64,000 nucleotides of DNA from an uncultured Actinomycetes bacterium (GTDB lineage: Bacteria > Actinomycetota > Acidimicrobiia > IMCC26256 > JACDBD01). The notes under the pieces were generated by a model. The model ran no database searches and was not told the DNA's origin. It saw only the letters and a list, made by a program, of their open reading frames with translations. Positions within the stretch are counted from its first letter, which is position 1. The number at the start of each line of letters is the position of its first letter. The translations under genes and the position numbers were made by a program. The stretch lies in NCBI GenBank assembly GCA_963747195.1, contig CAVVDV010000005.1, forward strand, positions 193,125 to 257,124, written 5' to 3'. Shown here piece after piece: positions 12,667 through 23,077 of this stretch.

Positions 12667-13340
12667 CCACTACTGCCGCGCCGATCCCCGACCTGGCCGA
12701 GCTCGCCGACGTGTCGGCGTCGCTCGAGTCGGCTCCGGCGTCCGCGGTCGTCGGCTGGGCATGGGACCGGTACGGCGACGATCTCGTCCTGGCGGCGTCC
12801 TTCCAGGACTGCGTGCTCATCGACGTGGCCGCGCAGGTCGCGCCCGAGATCGAGGTCGTGTTCCTCGACACCCAGTACCACTTCGCCGAGACGCTCTGGT
12901 ACGTCGACCAGATCCGTCGCCGCTACGACCTCAACCTGACGGTCATGCAGCCCGAGATCGCGCCGGACAACCGGTGGCAGCAGGATCCGGACGGGTGCTG
13001 CGCGCTGCGGAAGGTCGAGCCCCTGGGGCGCGCCCTCGAGGGCAAGGCGGCCTGGATGACCGGCTTGCGGCGGGTCGAGGCGCCCACCCGTGCCAACGCG
13101 CCGATCGTCTCGTACGACATCGGGCGCGGCCTGGTGAAGGTGAACCCCCTGGCCACGTGGGGCGACGACGACGTCGAGGGATACGTGCGAGACCGCGGTC
13201 TGCCGACGCATCCGCTGGCCGATCGCGGCTATCGGTCCATCGGCTGCTGGCCGTGCAGCCGTCCCGTCGGCAACGGCGAGGACGCGCGCGCCGGGCGGTG
13301 GGCGGGCACCGACAAGATCGAGTGCGGCCTACACGCGTAG
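12663..13340 (+). CDS. cysH: Adenosine 5'-phosphosulfate (APS) reductase, FeS-type CysH
   Basis: Intact within frame 11808..13340 from MTTTAAPIPDL. It has the PAPS-reductase fold plus the cysteine set DPDGCCALRKVEPL and SIGCWPCS, and ends ECGLHA. The CC...CXXC set is characteristic of APS-specific enzymes. Confidence 0.88.
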   Translation: MTTTAAPIPDLAELADVSASLESAPASAVVGWAWDRYGDDLVLAASFQDCVLIDVAAQVAPEIEVVFLDTQYHFAETLWYVDQIRRRYDLNLTVMQPEIAPDNRWQQDPDGCCALRKVEPLGRALEGKAAWMTGLRRVEAPTRANAPIVSYDIGRGLVKVNPLATWGDDDVEGYVRDRGLPTHPLADRGYRSIGCWPCSRPVGNGEDARAGRWAGTDKIECGLHA

Positions 13341-13353
13341 GCCGTTCTCGACG

Positions 13354-14317
13354 ATGACCGCTCCCGACCCCACCCCCCTGGCGCACGACGCCCGCGGCTC
13401 CTACTTCGGCCGCGGGCACCGGCAGCTCTCGCACATCGCCGCCCTCGAGGCGGAGTCGATCCACATCATCCGGGAGGTCGCGGCCGAGTTCGAGCGCCCG
13501 GTCCTGCTGTTCTCGGGGGGCAAGGACTCCGCCGTGATGCTGCGCCTGGCCGAGAAGGCGTTCGCTCCGGCGCCGATCCCGTTTCCGGTGATGCACGTCG
13601 ACACCGGGCACAACTTCCCCGAGGCGCTCGAGTTCCGCGACCGGCGGATCGCCGAGCTCGGCGTCCGGCTCGTCGTGGCGTCCGTTCCCGACGCCATCGC
13701 CGCCGGGCGCGTCGTCGAGGAGCGTCCCGGGGCGTCGCGCAACCGGCTCCAGACGTCCGTGCTGCTCGAGGCGATCGCAGAGCACCGCTTCGACGCCGTG
13801 TTCGGCGGGGGACGCCGCGACGAGGAGAAGGCCCGGGCGAAGGAGCGCGTGTTCTCCCATCGGGACGAGTTCGGGCAGTGGGACCCGAAGAACCAGCGGC
13901 CCGAGCTGTGGAACCTCTACAACGGGCGGCACCGCGCCGGCGAGCACCTGCCGCGTCTTCCCGCTGTCGAACTGGACCGAGCTGGACGTGTGGCAGTACA
14001 TCGCCACCGACGGCGTCGAGCTCCCGTCGATCTACTACGCGCACCGGCGGGAGGTGTTCCGCCGCGACGGGATGATCATGGCCGTGGGCCCGTATCTCCC
14101 CACGCAGGACGGCGAGGAGCCGTTCGAGGCGCTGGTGCGGTTCCGCACCGTCGGCGACATGAGCTGCACCGCGGCCGTCGAATCGAGCGCGGCCACCGCC
14201 GACGAGATCGTCGTCGAGATCGCCGCGTCCCGGATCACCGAGCGGGGCGCGACACGCGCCGACGACCGCTTCTCCGAGTCGGCGATGGAGGACCGGAAGC
14301 GCGAGGGGTACTTCTAG
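13354..14317 (+). CDS. cysD: Sulfate adenylyltransferase subunit 2 (one frame change near 13951)
   Basis: LLFSGGKDSAVMLRLA (PP-loop) and MHVDTGHNFPE in ORF 13354... The C-terminus is in 13988..14317 (WQYIATDGVELPSIYYAH...MEDRKREGYF). Confidence 0.9.
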
Positions 14318-15573
14318 TGGAGATGCTCCGGCTGGCGACCGCCGGCTCCGTCGACGACGGCAAGAGCACGCTCATCGGCCGCCTGCTGTACGACTCGAAG
14401 CAGATCCTCGAGGACCAGCTCGAGGCGGTCGAGCGCACGAGCCGCGAACGAGGGGACGAGTACACCGACCTGGCGCTGCTCACGGACGGGCTCCGGGCGG
14501 AGCGGGAGCAGGGCATCACGATCGACGTCGCGTACCGGTACTTCGCCACGCCGAAGCGGAAGTTCATCATCGCCGACACTCCCGGCCACATTCAGTACAC
14601 GCGCAACATGGTGACGGGCGCGTCGACGGCCAACTTGGCGCTGATCCTCGTCGACGCGCGCAAAGGCATCCTCGAGCAGTCGAAGCGCCACGCGTTCATC
14701 GCGTCGCTCCTGCGGATCCCGCACCTCGTCCTGTGCGTGAACAAGATGGACCTCGTCGACTACGACCGGTCGGTGTTCGAAGAGATCAAGGAAGAGTTCA
14801 CCGACTGGGCGAGCCGGCTCGACATCACGGACCTGACGTTCATCCCGATCTCGGCTTTGCTCGGCGACAACGTCGTCGAGCGCTCGGCGAACATGAACTG
14901 GTACGACGGGCCGTCGCTCCTCCACCACCTCGAAGAGGTGTACATCGCGTCGGACCGCAACCTCATCGACTGCCGGTTCCCGGTCCAGTACGTGATCCGG
15001 CCCAAGAGCAACGCCCACCACGACTACCGGGGCTACGCCGGCACGATCGCGGGCGGCGTGTTCAAGCCGGGGGACGACGTCGTGGTGCTGCCCTCGGGGT
15101 TCACGTCGACGATCCGGTCGATCGACACCGGCGACGGCCCGGTCGACGAGGCGTTCCCACCCATGTCCGTCACGATGACGCTCGACGACGACGTCGACGT
15201 GAGCCGGGGCGACATGATCTGCCGGCCCCACAACCACGCCACCTACGGGCAGGAGATCGACGCCATGGTGTGCTGGCTCACCGACCGATCGGAGCTGCGC
15301 GCCGGCGGCAAGCTGGCGATCAAGCACACGACGCGCTCGGCGCGGGTGCTCGTCCGCGAGCTGCTGTACAAGCTCGACGTGAACGAGCTGCACCGCGACG
15401 AGGACGCCGACGCGCTCAGGCTCAACGAGATCGGCCGGATCACGTTGCGAACCACCGCGCCGCTGTTCTTCGACGAGTACCGGCGGAACCGCACAACCGG
15501 CAGCTTCGTCCTGATCGACGAGACGACGAACAACACCGTCGGGGCGGGCATGATCCTGGGCGAGCCCGACTAG
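14317..15573 (+). CDS. cysN: Sulfate adenylyltransferase subunit 1 (GTPase CysN, no fused APS-kinase domain)
   Basis: GTG at 14317 overlaps the cysD TAG by 1 nt. Motifs GSVDDGKSTLIGRLL, DTPGHIQYTRNM and NKMDL. It ends GAGMILGEPD after ~418 codons, so there is no CysC domain. Confidence 0.9.
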   Translation: MEMLRLATAGSVDDGKSTLIGRLLYDSKQILEDQLEAVERTSRERGDEYTDLALLTDGLRAEREQGITIDVAYRYFATPKRKFIIADTPGHIQYTRNMVTGASTANLALILVDARKGILEQSKRHAFIASLLRIPHLVLCVNKMDLVDYDRSVFEEIKEEFTDWASRLDITDLTFIPISALLGDNVVERSANMNWYDGPSLLHHLEEVYIASDRNLIDCRFPVQYVIRPKSNAHHDYRGYAGTIAGGVFKPGDDVVVLPSGFTSTIRSIDTGDGPVDEAFPPMSVTMTLDDDVDVSRGDMICRPHNHATYGQEIDAMVCWLTDRSELRAGGKLAIKHTTRSARVLVRELLYKLDVNELHRDEDADALRLNEIGRITLRTTAPLFFDEYRRNRTTGSFVLIDETTNNTVGAGMILGEPD

Positions 15574-15621
15574 CCACGTGGGATACCCGCGGTCGGGTGG
15601 CCGCGGGGACAGAATGGGCCC

Positions 15622-16093
15622 GTGACCGACGAGCAACACCCGAAGGCGATCGACCGAATGCTCGGGATCGTTCCGGTCGACGCCGTGCTCCGGCAAGTCG
15701 ACGTGCAAGCGGTGCTCGATCGGATCGACCTGCAGGCGCTCATCGACCGCGTCGACCTCAACGAGGTGCTCGGCCAACGTCGACATCGACCAGTTGGCTG
15801 CGCGCCTCGACCTCGACGCCCTCATCCAGCGCATCGACGTGAACACGATCATCGACCGGGTGGACATCAACGCCGTCATCGACCGCGTCGACATCGAAGA
15901 CCTCGTGGCCCGCACCGAGATCGGTCGGATAATCATGTCGTCGACGACGAGCATCGCGACGAGGACGCTCGATGCGGCCCGGTCAACGGGGGTCGGACTC
16001 GATCAGTTCGTGAACCGGTGGGTCGACCGCGTCCTGCGACGTCCGCCCGGCACCGCATCAGGCGGGCCGGCCCGTCTCGTGGCCGCACGATGA
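15622..16093 (+). CDS. Nonapeptide tandem-repeat protein of unknown function (one frame change near 15778)
   Basis: MTDEQHPKAIDRMLGI is followed by nine 9-aa units (VDxxAhhDR-like), read from ORF 15622.. and then ORF 15794..16093. The tail is ...GLDQFVNRWVDRVL.... The TGA overlaps the ATG of the RDD gene (ATGA). Confidence 0.6.
15670..15913 (+). repeat. Nine tandem 27-nt coding units (nonapeptide repeat [VIL]-D-[VIL]-x-x-[VIL]-[VIL]-x-[RQ])
   Basis: Units are VPVDAVLRQ, VDVQAVLDR, IDLQALIDR, VDLNEVLGQ, VDIDQLAAR, LDLDALIQR, IDVNTIIDR, VDINAVIDR and VDIEDLVAR. The span is 243 nt plus one extra base. Confidence 0.8.
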
Positions 16094-16608
16094 CCAGGAC
16101 GAAGAACCCCGAGCCCGAACCGAAGCTGACCGGGCACTACGCGGGCCCGGTCACGCGCCTCGTTTCGTACGCGATCGACGCCTTCCTCGTCTCGGCGCTC
16201 TTCTCGATCGTGTCTGCGGGCTTCATCTGGCTCGCGGAGCTCGTCACGGGTAATAGCTACGACGCGTCCGACGTCGGCTCCGTGCTGGGCGGGATCCTGT
16301 TTCTCGTGTGGATCTTCCTGTACTTCTGGGGCCCGATGGCGGCGTGGGGACGCACGTTGGGGATGGCGATCATGGGCCTCGAGCTCGTTCGCCGCGACGG
16401 CGATCGCGTCGGCGCCGGCCGGGTGGCGATTCGGGTCATCACGTTCCCGATCTCGTTCCTGCTCCTCGGGCTCGGCTTCATCGGCATCCTCCTGGGCCGC
16501 GAGCATCGGGCCCTCCACGACGTCTTCGCCGGCACGACGATCGTGTACGCCTGGGACGCGCGGGCGGCGCGGCTGCGGTTCCTGGCTCTGAACCGAACCG
16601 CTCGCTAA
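16090..16608 (+). CDS. RDD family integral membrane protein
   Basis: MTRTKNPEPEPKLTGHYAGPVTRLVSYAIDAFLVSALFSIV... It has three hydrophobic helices, RTLGMAIMGLELV and ALHDVFAGTTIV, and is intact in frame 15622..16608. Confidence 0.75.
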   Translation: MTRTKNPEPEPKLTGHYAGPVTRLVSYAIDAFLVSALFSIVSAGFIWLAELVTGNSYDASDVGSVLGGILFLVWIFLYFWGPMAAWGRTLGMAIMGLELVRRDGDRVGAGRVAIRVITFPISFLLLGLGFIGILLGREHRALHDVFAGTTIVYAWDARAARLRFLALNRTAR

Positions 16609-16648
16609 CCGGACGGAGCCACCACAGCGGCCCTGCGAAGATGGCGGG

Positions 16649-17416
16649 ATGGCCGTCCACGAGGTCGCCGAGCAGGGCTTCGGCCGCGAGGCCGAGGAGT
16701 ACGAACGGGTTCGCCCCTCGTACCCGGCCGACGCGGTGGCGTGGCTCGTCGACAACCTGCGGGCTCGGGCCCGGCCGCACCGTGCTCGACCTCGCGGCAG
16801 GAACGGGCAAGCTCACGCGACTGCTCGTGCCGTTCGGCGCGGCCGTGCTGGCGGCGGAGCCGGTCGACGGGATGCGCCGACGGTTCGTCGCCGCCGTGCC
16901 CGGCGTCCCGATGGTCGCCGCCGTCGCCGAGGCGCTCCCGATCGCCGGCGAGTCGCTGGACGCGGTCACCGTCGCCCAGGCGTTCCACTGGTTCGACGCC
17001 GACCTGGCCTTCGGCGAGTTCGCCCGGGTGCTGCGCCCCGCGGGCGGGTCGGGCTGATCTGGAACGCGCGGGACCGCTCGTCGGATTGGGTGAACGAGGT
17101 GTGGTCGATCATGGACCGGGTCGAGAAGCGCGCTCCGTGGCGCGACCACGAGCAAGCTGACGACTCGGCGCCGCGGCCGCGGGCCGGGTTCGGACCGCTC
17201 CACGCCGAGACGTTCCGCCACGAGCAGTCGATCACTCCCGAGGGCGTGGTCGGGCGTGTCGCGTCGGTCAGCCACGTCGCCGTGCTGCCGCCGGCGGAAC
17301 GGCAACGGGTCCTCGACGAAGTACGGGACGTGCTCACGCATCATCCCGACGCCCGCGGACGCCCGGAGCTGCACCTTCCGTACCGGGTCGACGTGTACTG
17401 GTGCGAGCGCGCATGA
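16649..17416 (+). CDS. Class I SAM-dependent methyltransferase (frame-disrupted, two frame changes)
   Basis: N- and C-terminal parts are in ORF 16649..17416 (MAVHEVAEQGFGREAEEYERVRPSYP; ...LPYRVDVYWCERA). The SAM motif VLDLAAGTGKLTRLL and AQAFHWFD are in ORF 16308..17057. Confidence 0.8.
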   Translation: MAVHEVAEQGFGREAEEYERVRPSYPADAVAWLVDNLRARARPHRARPRGRNGQAHATARAVRRGRAGGGAGRRDAPTVRRRRARRPDGRRRRRGAPDRRRVAGRGHRRPGVPLVRRRPGLRRVRPGAAPRGRVGLIWNARDRSSDWVNEVWSIMDRVEKRAPWRDHEQADDSAPRPRAGFGPLHAETFRHEQSITPEGVVGRVASVSHVAVLPPAERQRVLDEVRDVLTHHPDARGRPELHLPYRVDVYWCERA

Positions 17417-18657
17417 GTCGCCGATCCCTGCGGACCAGCGCCGCGATCGCCGGCGGGCACGTCGCCGGGTGGCTCTCCCGCGTCACCGGACGCGGCCAGG
17501 GCGCGACGATCAGCGGGCGCGTCATCAACGCGATGGCGCCGAAGGCGCTCGCCGAGCTCGCGTCCGGGCAGCGGGTGGCGCTCGTGTCGGCCACGAACGG
17601 GAAGACGACGACGACGCGCTTCCTGGCTGCCGCCGTCGCGCCGCACCGGAGAGCCCGTCGTGAGCAACGCCACCGGCGCCAACCTCACGTCGGGCATCGC
17701 GCCCATTCTCGCCACGGCCCAGTCGCCGGGCTTGGCCGTGCTCGAGGTCGACGAGCGCGTCCTGCCCCGAGTCGTCGACCCGCTCGGGGTCGAGCTGCTG
17801 GTGCTCGGCAACCTCAGCCGTGACCAGCTCGACCGCTACGGCGAGGTGCACGCGGTCGGAGACCTCTGGCGGAACGTGGCCGAGACACATCCCGACCTGC
17901 GGGTGGTCGCCAACGCGTCCGACCCGCACGTGGTGTGGGCGGCGACGCCGGCCAAGACGACCTGGGTGGAGCTCGGGCTCGGCTGGCGCAACGACGCCGC
18001 CACGTGCCCGAACTGCGCCGCGCTCCTGCGCTGGAGCGCCGACCGGTTCGACTGCCCGTCGTGCGGCTTCGGGCAGCCGGCGACGCCGAACCGGCTCGAC
18101 GGCGACACGCTCGTGCTCGACGGGACGCGCGTGCCGCTGCGGCTCGCGCTGCCGGGCCGCTGGAACCTCGCCAACGCCGCGCTGGCGGTCACCGCGGCCG
18201 CGACGCACTTCGGCGTCGATCCGGGCGAGGCGGCCGAGGCGGCGGCGACCGTCACCACGGTCGCGGGCCGGTACATGACGGTCGCGCTCCCCGACGGCCG
18301 GCGCGCCCGCGTGCTGCTCGCCAAGAACCCGGCGGGATGGTCGGAGGTCCTGCACCACCTCTCGGTCCCGCCGCCGGCGCGGCGCAACTGCTCGGTCGTG
18401 ATCGCCGTCAACGCGCGCGTCGCCGACGGCAAGGACCCGTCGTGGTTGTGGGACGTTCCGTACGAGCTGCTGCGCGGACAGCCGGTCGCGGCCGCCGGCG
18501 AGCGCGCCTTCGACGTCGCGGTGCGGCTGCGCTACGCGGAGGTCGACCACATCGTCGAGCGCGACCCCTGGCGGCCGCGGCCGAGCTGCCCGGCGACGAC
18601 GTCAACATCGTGGCGTCGTACACCCAGTTCTCGGCGATCTACCGGAAGTTCGGATGA
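17413..18657 (+). CDS. murT: Lipid II isoglutaminyl synthase subunit MurT (Mur-ligase family; frame-disrupted)
   Basis: The ATG overlaps the methyltransferase TGA. Motifs are the P-loop SATNGKTTTT, zinc ribbon CPNCAALLRWSADRFDCPSCG, DGKDPSWLWDV and the C-terminus [20 protein letters not shown]. Pieces 17401..17823, 17660..19000 and 17935..18657. Confidence 0.88.
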
Positions 18658-19419
18658 GCGCGGCGTCCGAGTCCGCGGTGCGCGTCGGTCTCGTCTATCC
18701 CGAGCTGCTCGGGACGTACGGCGACCGCGGCAACGCGGTGGTGCTCGTGCAGCGGCTGCGCTGGCGGGGCCACGCCGCCGAGCTGGTCGAGGTCGCCGCG
18801 GGCGCGCCGATCCCGGACTCGCTCGACGTCTACCTCTTCGGCGGCGGCGAGGACGACCCGCAGGTGATGGCGTCGGCGGGCATGCGCGAGCTCGCGCGCC
18901 GCGATCGACCGCGGACGCGCCGGCGGCGCGGTCGTGCTCGCCGTGTGCGCCGGCTTCCAGCTCATCGGTCACAGCTACGAGGCCGCCGACGGCACGATGA
19001 TCGACGGCCTCGGGCTCGTCGACGCCGTCACTCGCGCCGGTCCCAACCGGCTCATCGGCGAGGTGGTGGTCGAGCCCGATCCGCCCGCTCCCGCGTCCTC
19101 ACCGGCTTCGAGAACCACGGCGGCCGGACCACGCTCGGGCCGTCGGTGCGACCGCTCGGACGGGTGCTCGCGCCGGCAACGGGCGCGGCGGTGACACCGA
19201 CGGGCTCCTCGGCGAGCGCCTGATCGGGACGTACATGCACGGCCCGGTGCTCCCCCGCAACCCCGCGCTCGCCGACCACATCCTGTCGTGGGTCGTCGGC
19301 GACCTCGAGCCGCTCGACTCGACCCGTCGAGGAGCAGCTGCGGGCGACGCAGCTGCACGCGGGCTCGGCGCGCGGCGTGCGCAAGTGGTGGCAGAAACGC
19401 GTGCTCGCCCGCGGGCTAG
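18654..19419 (+). CDS. gatD: Glutamine amidotransferase GatD (CobQ-type GATase partner of MurT; frame-disrupted)
   Basis: The ATG overlaps the murT TGA. Motifs [21 protein letters not shown], the catalytic-Cys motif [11 protein letters not shown] and [20 protein letters not shown]. The end was inferred at TAG 19417..19419, so the last frame is uncertain. Confidence 0.8.
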
Positions 19420-20636
19420 CGGGTCGTCAGCTCCGCGATCTCGCGGATCTTGTCGATCTTCTCGTCGGCCGCGTTGGCGTCGGTGCCCTGGATCTGCAGG
19501 AGCTCTTCGCGGGTGCGTTCGGCTTCGGCCTCGGCGCCGTCGTCGGCGGCGGCGAGCCGGGCTTCGATGCCTTCGGCCATGATGCGCTCGGCTTCGTCGA
19601 CCAGCGCGTCGACCATCTCGGCCTCGGGGACGACGCGCACGACCTTGCCCTTCACGAACAGGTGGCCCTTGCCCCGACCGGCGGCGATGCCGAGGTCGGC
19701 CTCCCGGGCCTCTCCGGGCCCGTTCACCACGCAGCCCATCACCGCGACCTGCAGCGGGATGTTGCGCTCGGCGAGGGCTTCCTGGGCGTCGTTGGCGACG
19801 CGGATCACGTCGACCTCGGCCCGGCCGCAGCTCGGGCACGCGATCAGATCGAGCGCCCTTGCGCTCGCGCAGCCCGAGCGTCTCGAGCAGCTGCCGCCCC
19901 GCCCGCGCTTCCTCGACCGGATCGGCGGTCAGCGAGAAGCGGATCGTGTCGCCGATGCCCTCGGCGAGCAGCGTCCCGATGCCGACGGTCGACTTGACCA
20001 AGCCGCCGGGGAGCGGACCGGCCTCGGTGACGCCGAGGTGCAGCGGGAAGTCGACGGTCTCCGACAGGAGCCGGTAGGCGTCGATCATCACCGGCACGTT
20101 GGACGACTTCACCGAGATCTTGACGTCGTCGAAGTCGACCTCGGCGAAGTAGGCGAGCTCGCGTTGCGCCGACGCGACCAGCGCCTCGGGCGTCGCGCCG
20201 CCGTGCTGCTCGCGCGATGTCGGGATCGAGGCTGCCGGCGTTCACGCCGATGCGGATCGGCAGCCCGCGGTCCTTGGCTTCGCGTGCCACCGATCTTGAT
20301 CTGCTCGGGCTTGCGGATGTTGCCGGGGTTGAGCCGCAGCGCCTGCACGCCGGCTTCCATCGCCGCCAGCGCGAGCTTGTACTGGAAGTGGATGTCGGCG
20401 ACGATCGGGACCGGCGACCGCGGAACGATCTGGGCGAGGCCTTCGGCCGCTTCCTCCTCGTTGCAGGTGCAGCGCACGATGTCGGCGCCGGCGGCCGCGA
20501 GCGCGTAGATCTGGCTCAGCGTGCCGTCGACGTCGGCCGTCTTCGTCGTCGTCATCGACTGCACGGAGACGGGAGCGCCGCCGCCCACGGGCACGTCGCC
20601 GACGTGGATCTGCCGGGTCATCCGTCGTTCGTGCAT
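19416..20636 (-). CDS. ispG: 4-hydroxy-3-methylbut-2-en-1-yl diphosphate synthase (frame-disrupted)
   Basis: [48 protein letters not shown] and [18 protein letters not shown] across pieces 20109..20636, 19844..20290, 19099..20112 and 19416..19808. The start could be the internal MTRQIHVG. Confidence 0.9.
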
Positions 20637-20704
20637 CAGGCTCCGAGCCTACGAGCGCGCCACGCGCCAGGACGCGAGCGACGAGCGCGTACGGGTGGAA
20701 GTGA

Positions 20705-21947
20705 TCAGGATCCGGTGAAGATCTGGCGGATGTCGAGGAACATCGCCGACAACCCGAGCGTGAGGAACACGACGAGGACGAGCGCCGTCACCGGCACGAG
20801 CTTGCGGAAGTCGACCCGCACCTCGCGGCCCCGGATCTTCGACGCGGCCTGCTCGTAGACGACGACCGCCGCGTGCCCGCCGTCGAACGGCAGCAGCGGG
20901 ATGAGGTTGAACAGGGCGAGGATGAGGTTGATGGCGCCGAGCAGGAACAGCAGGCTCCAGACGTTCCCGCCGACGAGCTCGCCGCCGAGGTCGACGATGC
21001 CGATGATCGAGCGCGGGCGGTCGTTCGCCGCCGGGCTCCCCTGCTTCGGCGCGTCGCCGGTGAAGTTCTTGCTGTAGTTCTCGATGCCGTCGGGTGAGAA
21101 CAAGCGGCCGATCCCGGCGCCCGTGTCCCGCGTGATCTGCGCCATGGTCGTCGCCGACTCGGGAACGGCTTCGATCGGGTTGAACGACCGGTACGACGAC
21201 ACGCTCTGCGCCACGGAGACGCCGATGATCCCGCTGTTGTCGGTGCTGCTCCGCTCCTTCGGCACGACGGTGAGCGTCGCGGTCCCGCCATCCCGTTTGA
21301 CGACGATCGTGGTCGGCTGGCCGACGCGGTCGTGGAGCGCCTGGGCGATGTCGCGGTCGACGTCGAGACGTTGCCCGTCGATGCTGACGATGCGGTCGCC
21401 GTTCTGGACGCCTGCCGCCGCCGCCGGGCTGTCGGGGACGCACGCGCTCGACCGATGCTTGGAGCGTGTCGGGGAGGCCCCGGCCGATGAGCGCGGCGTA
21501 GATGAGGACGAAGGCGAGAATCAGGTTCACGCTCACGCCGGCGAGGATCACCGTGAGGCGGTTGCCGAAGGTGCCGTGCCGGAACGTGCGGCGCTCCTCG
21601 TCCGGATCGACCTCTTCGAGGTTGCTCATCCCGACGATGCGGACGTAGCCGCCGGCGGGGATGGCCTTCACGCCGTACTCGGTCTCGCCGCGCCGGAACG
21701 ACCAGAGCCGCGGCCCGAAGCCGAGGAAGAACTCCGTCACCTTCATGCCCGCGCGCTTGGCCGTGAAGTAGTGACCGGCCTCGTGGAGCATGATCATGCG
21801 CCACGATGCCGAAGATGATCGCGAGGGTGTCGACGTCGACGGGCGCAGGATGGCGAGGAGGATCAGGCCGAGCAGGACCAGCAGGAACGAGATGCCGGCG
21901 CCGCGGCGGGTGACGTCCGAGCCGGCTTCTTCGAGCGGGTCCTTCAC
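20705..21947 (-). CDS. rseP: Site-2 zinc metalloprotease RseP/Rip1 family (frame-disrupted)
   Basis: [13 protein letters not shown] (HExxH), [13 protein letters not shown], a PDZ-like middle part, and [12 protein letters not shown] in the C-terminal piece 20705..21265. A GTG at 21947 overlaps the dxr stop (GTGA). Confidence 0.85.
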
Positions 21948-23077
21948 GCTGCGCTTCTCCGTTCGCACGCGACGGTCCGGGCGCGCTCGCGCGCGAGCCG
22001 GTCCGCTTCCAGAACGTCGGCGACATCGTCGACGTTCCCGGAGCCGCGCTGCGAGCACCTCCTCGACCACCTCGGCGATGCCCAGCCACGGGATCCGCCC
22101 GCCGAGGAACGCCTCGACGGCGACCTCGTTGGCGGCGCTGAGGGTCGCCGGGGCGCCGCCGCCGGCCCGGCCGGCCGCGTACGCGAGGCCGAGGCACGGG
22201 AACGCCTCGAGATCCGGGGTCTCGAAGGTGAGCGACCCGAGGCGGGTCCAGTCGATGGCGCCGAAGGGCTGGTCGAGCCGGTCGGGCGCGCCGAGCGCGA
22301 GGCCGATCGGGAGGCGCATGTCGGGCATCGAGAGCTGGGCGACGGTCGCGCCGTCGGTGAACTCGACCATCCCGTGGACGACCGACTGCGGGTGCACCAC
22401 GACCTCGATCGCGGTCGAAGTCGACGCCGAACAGCTCGTGCGCCTCGATCACCTCGAGGCCCTTGTTCATGAGCGTCGACGAGTCGATCGTGATCTTGGC
22501 GCCCATGGTCCAGGTCGGGTGCTTGCAGCGCGTCGGCGACGGTGACCCGCTCGAGCTCGGCCCGCGACTTGCCGCGGAACGGCCCGCCGCTGGCGGTGAG
22601 CAGGATGCGCCGCACCTCGTGCGGGCCGCCGGCGCGCAGCGCCTGGTAGATGCGCGGAGTGCTCCGAGTCGACGGGCACGATCTCGCCGCCGCCGCTTCG
22701 CCCGCTCCTTGGCGACGACCGGACCGCCGGCGATGAGGCTCTCCTTGTTGGCCAGCGCGAGGCGCTTGCCGTGCTCGAGCGCGGCGAGCGTCGCCGGCAG
22801 CCCGGCGAAGCCGACGACCGCGTTGAGCACGACGTCGGCCTCGGGCAGCGCCGCGAGCTCGGCGAGCGCGTCCGGCGTCGTCGACGCCGAGGTGCGCGCC
22901 GATCCGGCGGGACGTCGAACTCCGCGGCCTGTCGCGCGAGCAGCTCCGCGTTGCGTCCGGCCGCGAGCGCGACGACCTCGGTAGTCGGTCGCGGTGCGAC
23001 GCGGATGACGTCGAGCGCCTGGGTCCCGATCGATCCCGTCGATCCGAGGAGGACGACGTTCGTCGTGCCCGGTTCAT
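21944..23077 (-). CDS. dxr: 1-deoxy-D-xylulose 5-phosphate reductoisomerase (frame-disrupted)
   Basis: [61 protein letters not shown] and the C-terminus ...ADRLARERA. The ATG at 23077 overlaps the cdsA TGA. Confidence 0.9.
   Translation of the reverse strand: MNRARRTSSSSDRRDRSGPRRSTSSASHRDRLPRSSRSRPDATRSCSRDRPRSSTSRRIGAHLGVDDAGRARRARGAARGRRRAQRGRRLRRAAGDARRARARQAPRAGQQGEPHRRRSGRRQGAGEAAAARSCPSTRSTPRIYQALRAGGPHEVRRILLTASGGPFRGKSRAELERVTVADALQAPDLDHGRQDHDRLVDAHEQGPRGDRGARAVRRRLRPRSRSWCTRSRSSTGWSSSPTARPSPSSRCPTCASRSASRSARPTGSTSPSAPSTGPASGRSPSRPRISRRSRASASRTRPAGPAAAPRRPSAPPTRSPSRRSSAGGSRGWASPRWSRRCSQRGSGNVDDVADVLEADRLARERARTVACERRSAA

Noticed and set aside
15670-15913. Tandem arrays as possible CRISPR or VNTR loci: the 27-nt repeats here, the hexamer array at 24391..24439, and the GGRPIPPPP repeat in infB near 3660..3745.
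   Set aside because: All are in-frame coding repeats without unique spacers. The unit lengths and lack of spacing do not fit CRISPR, and no cas genes are present.
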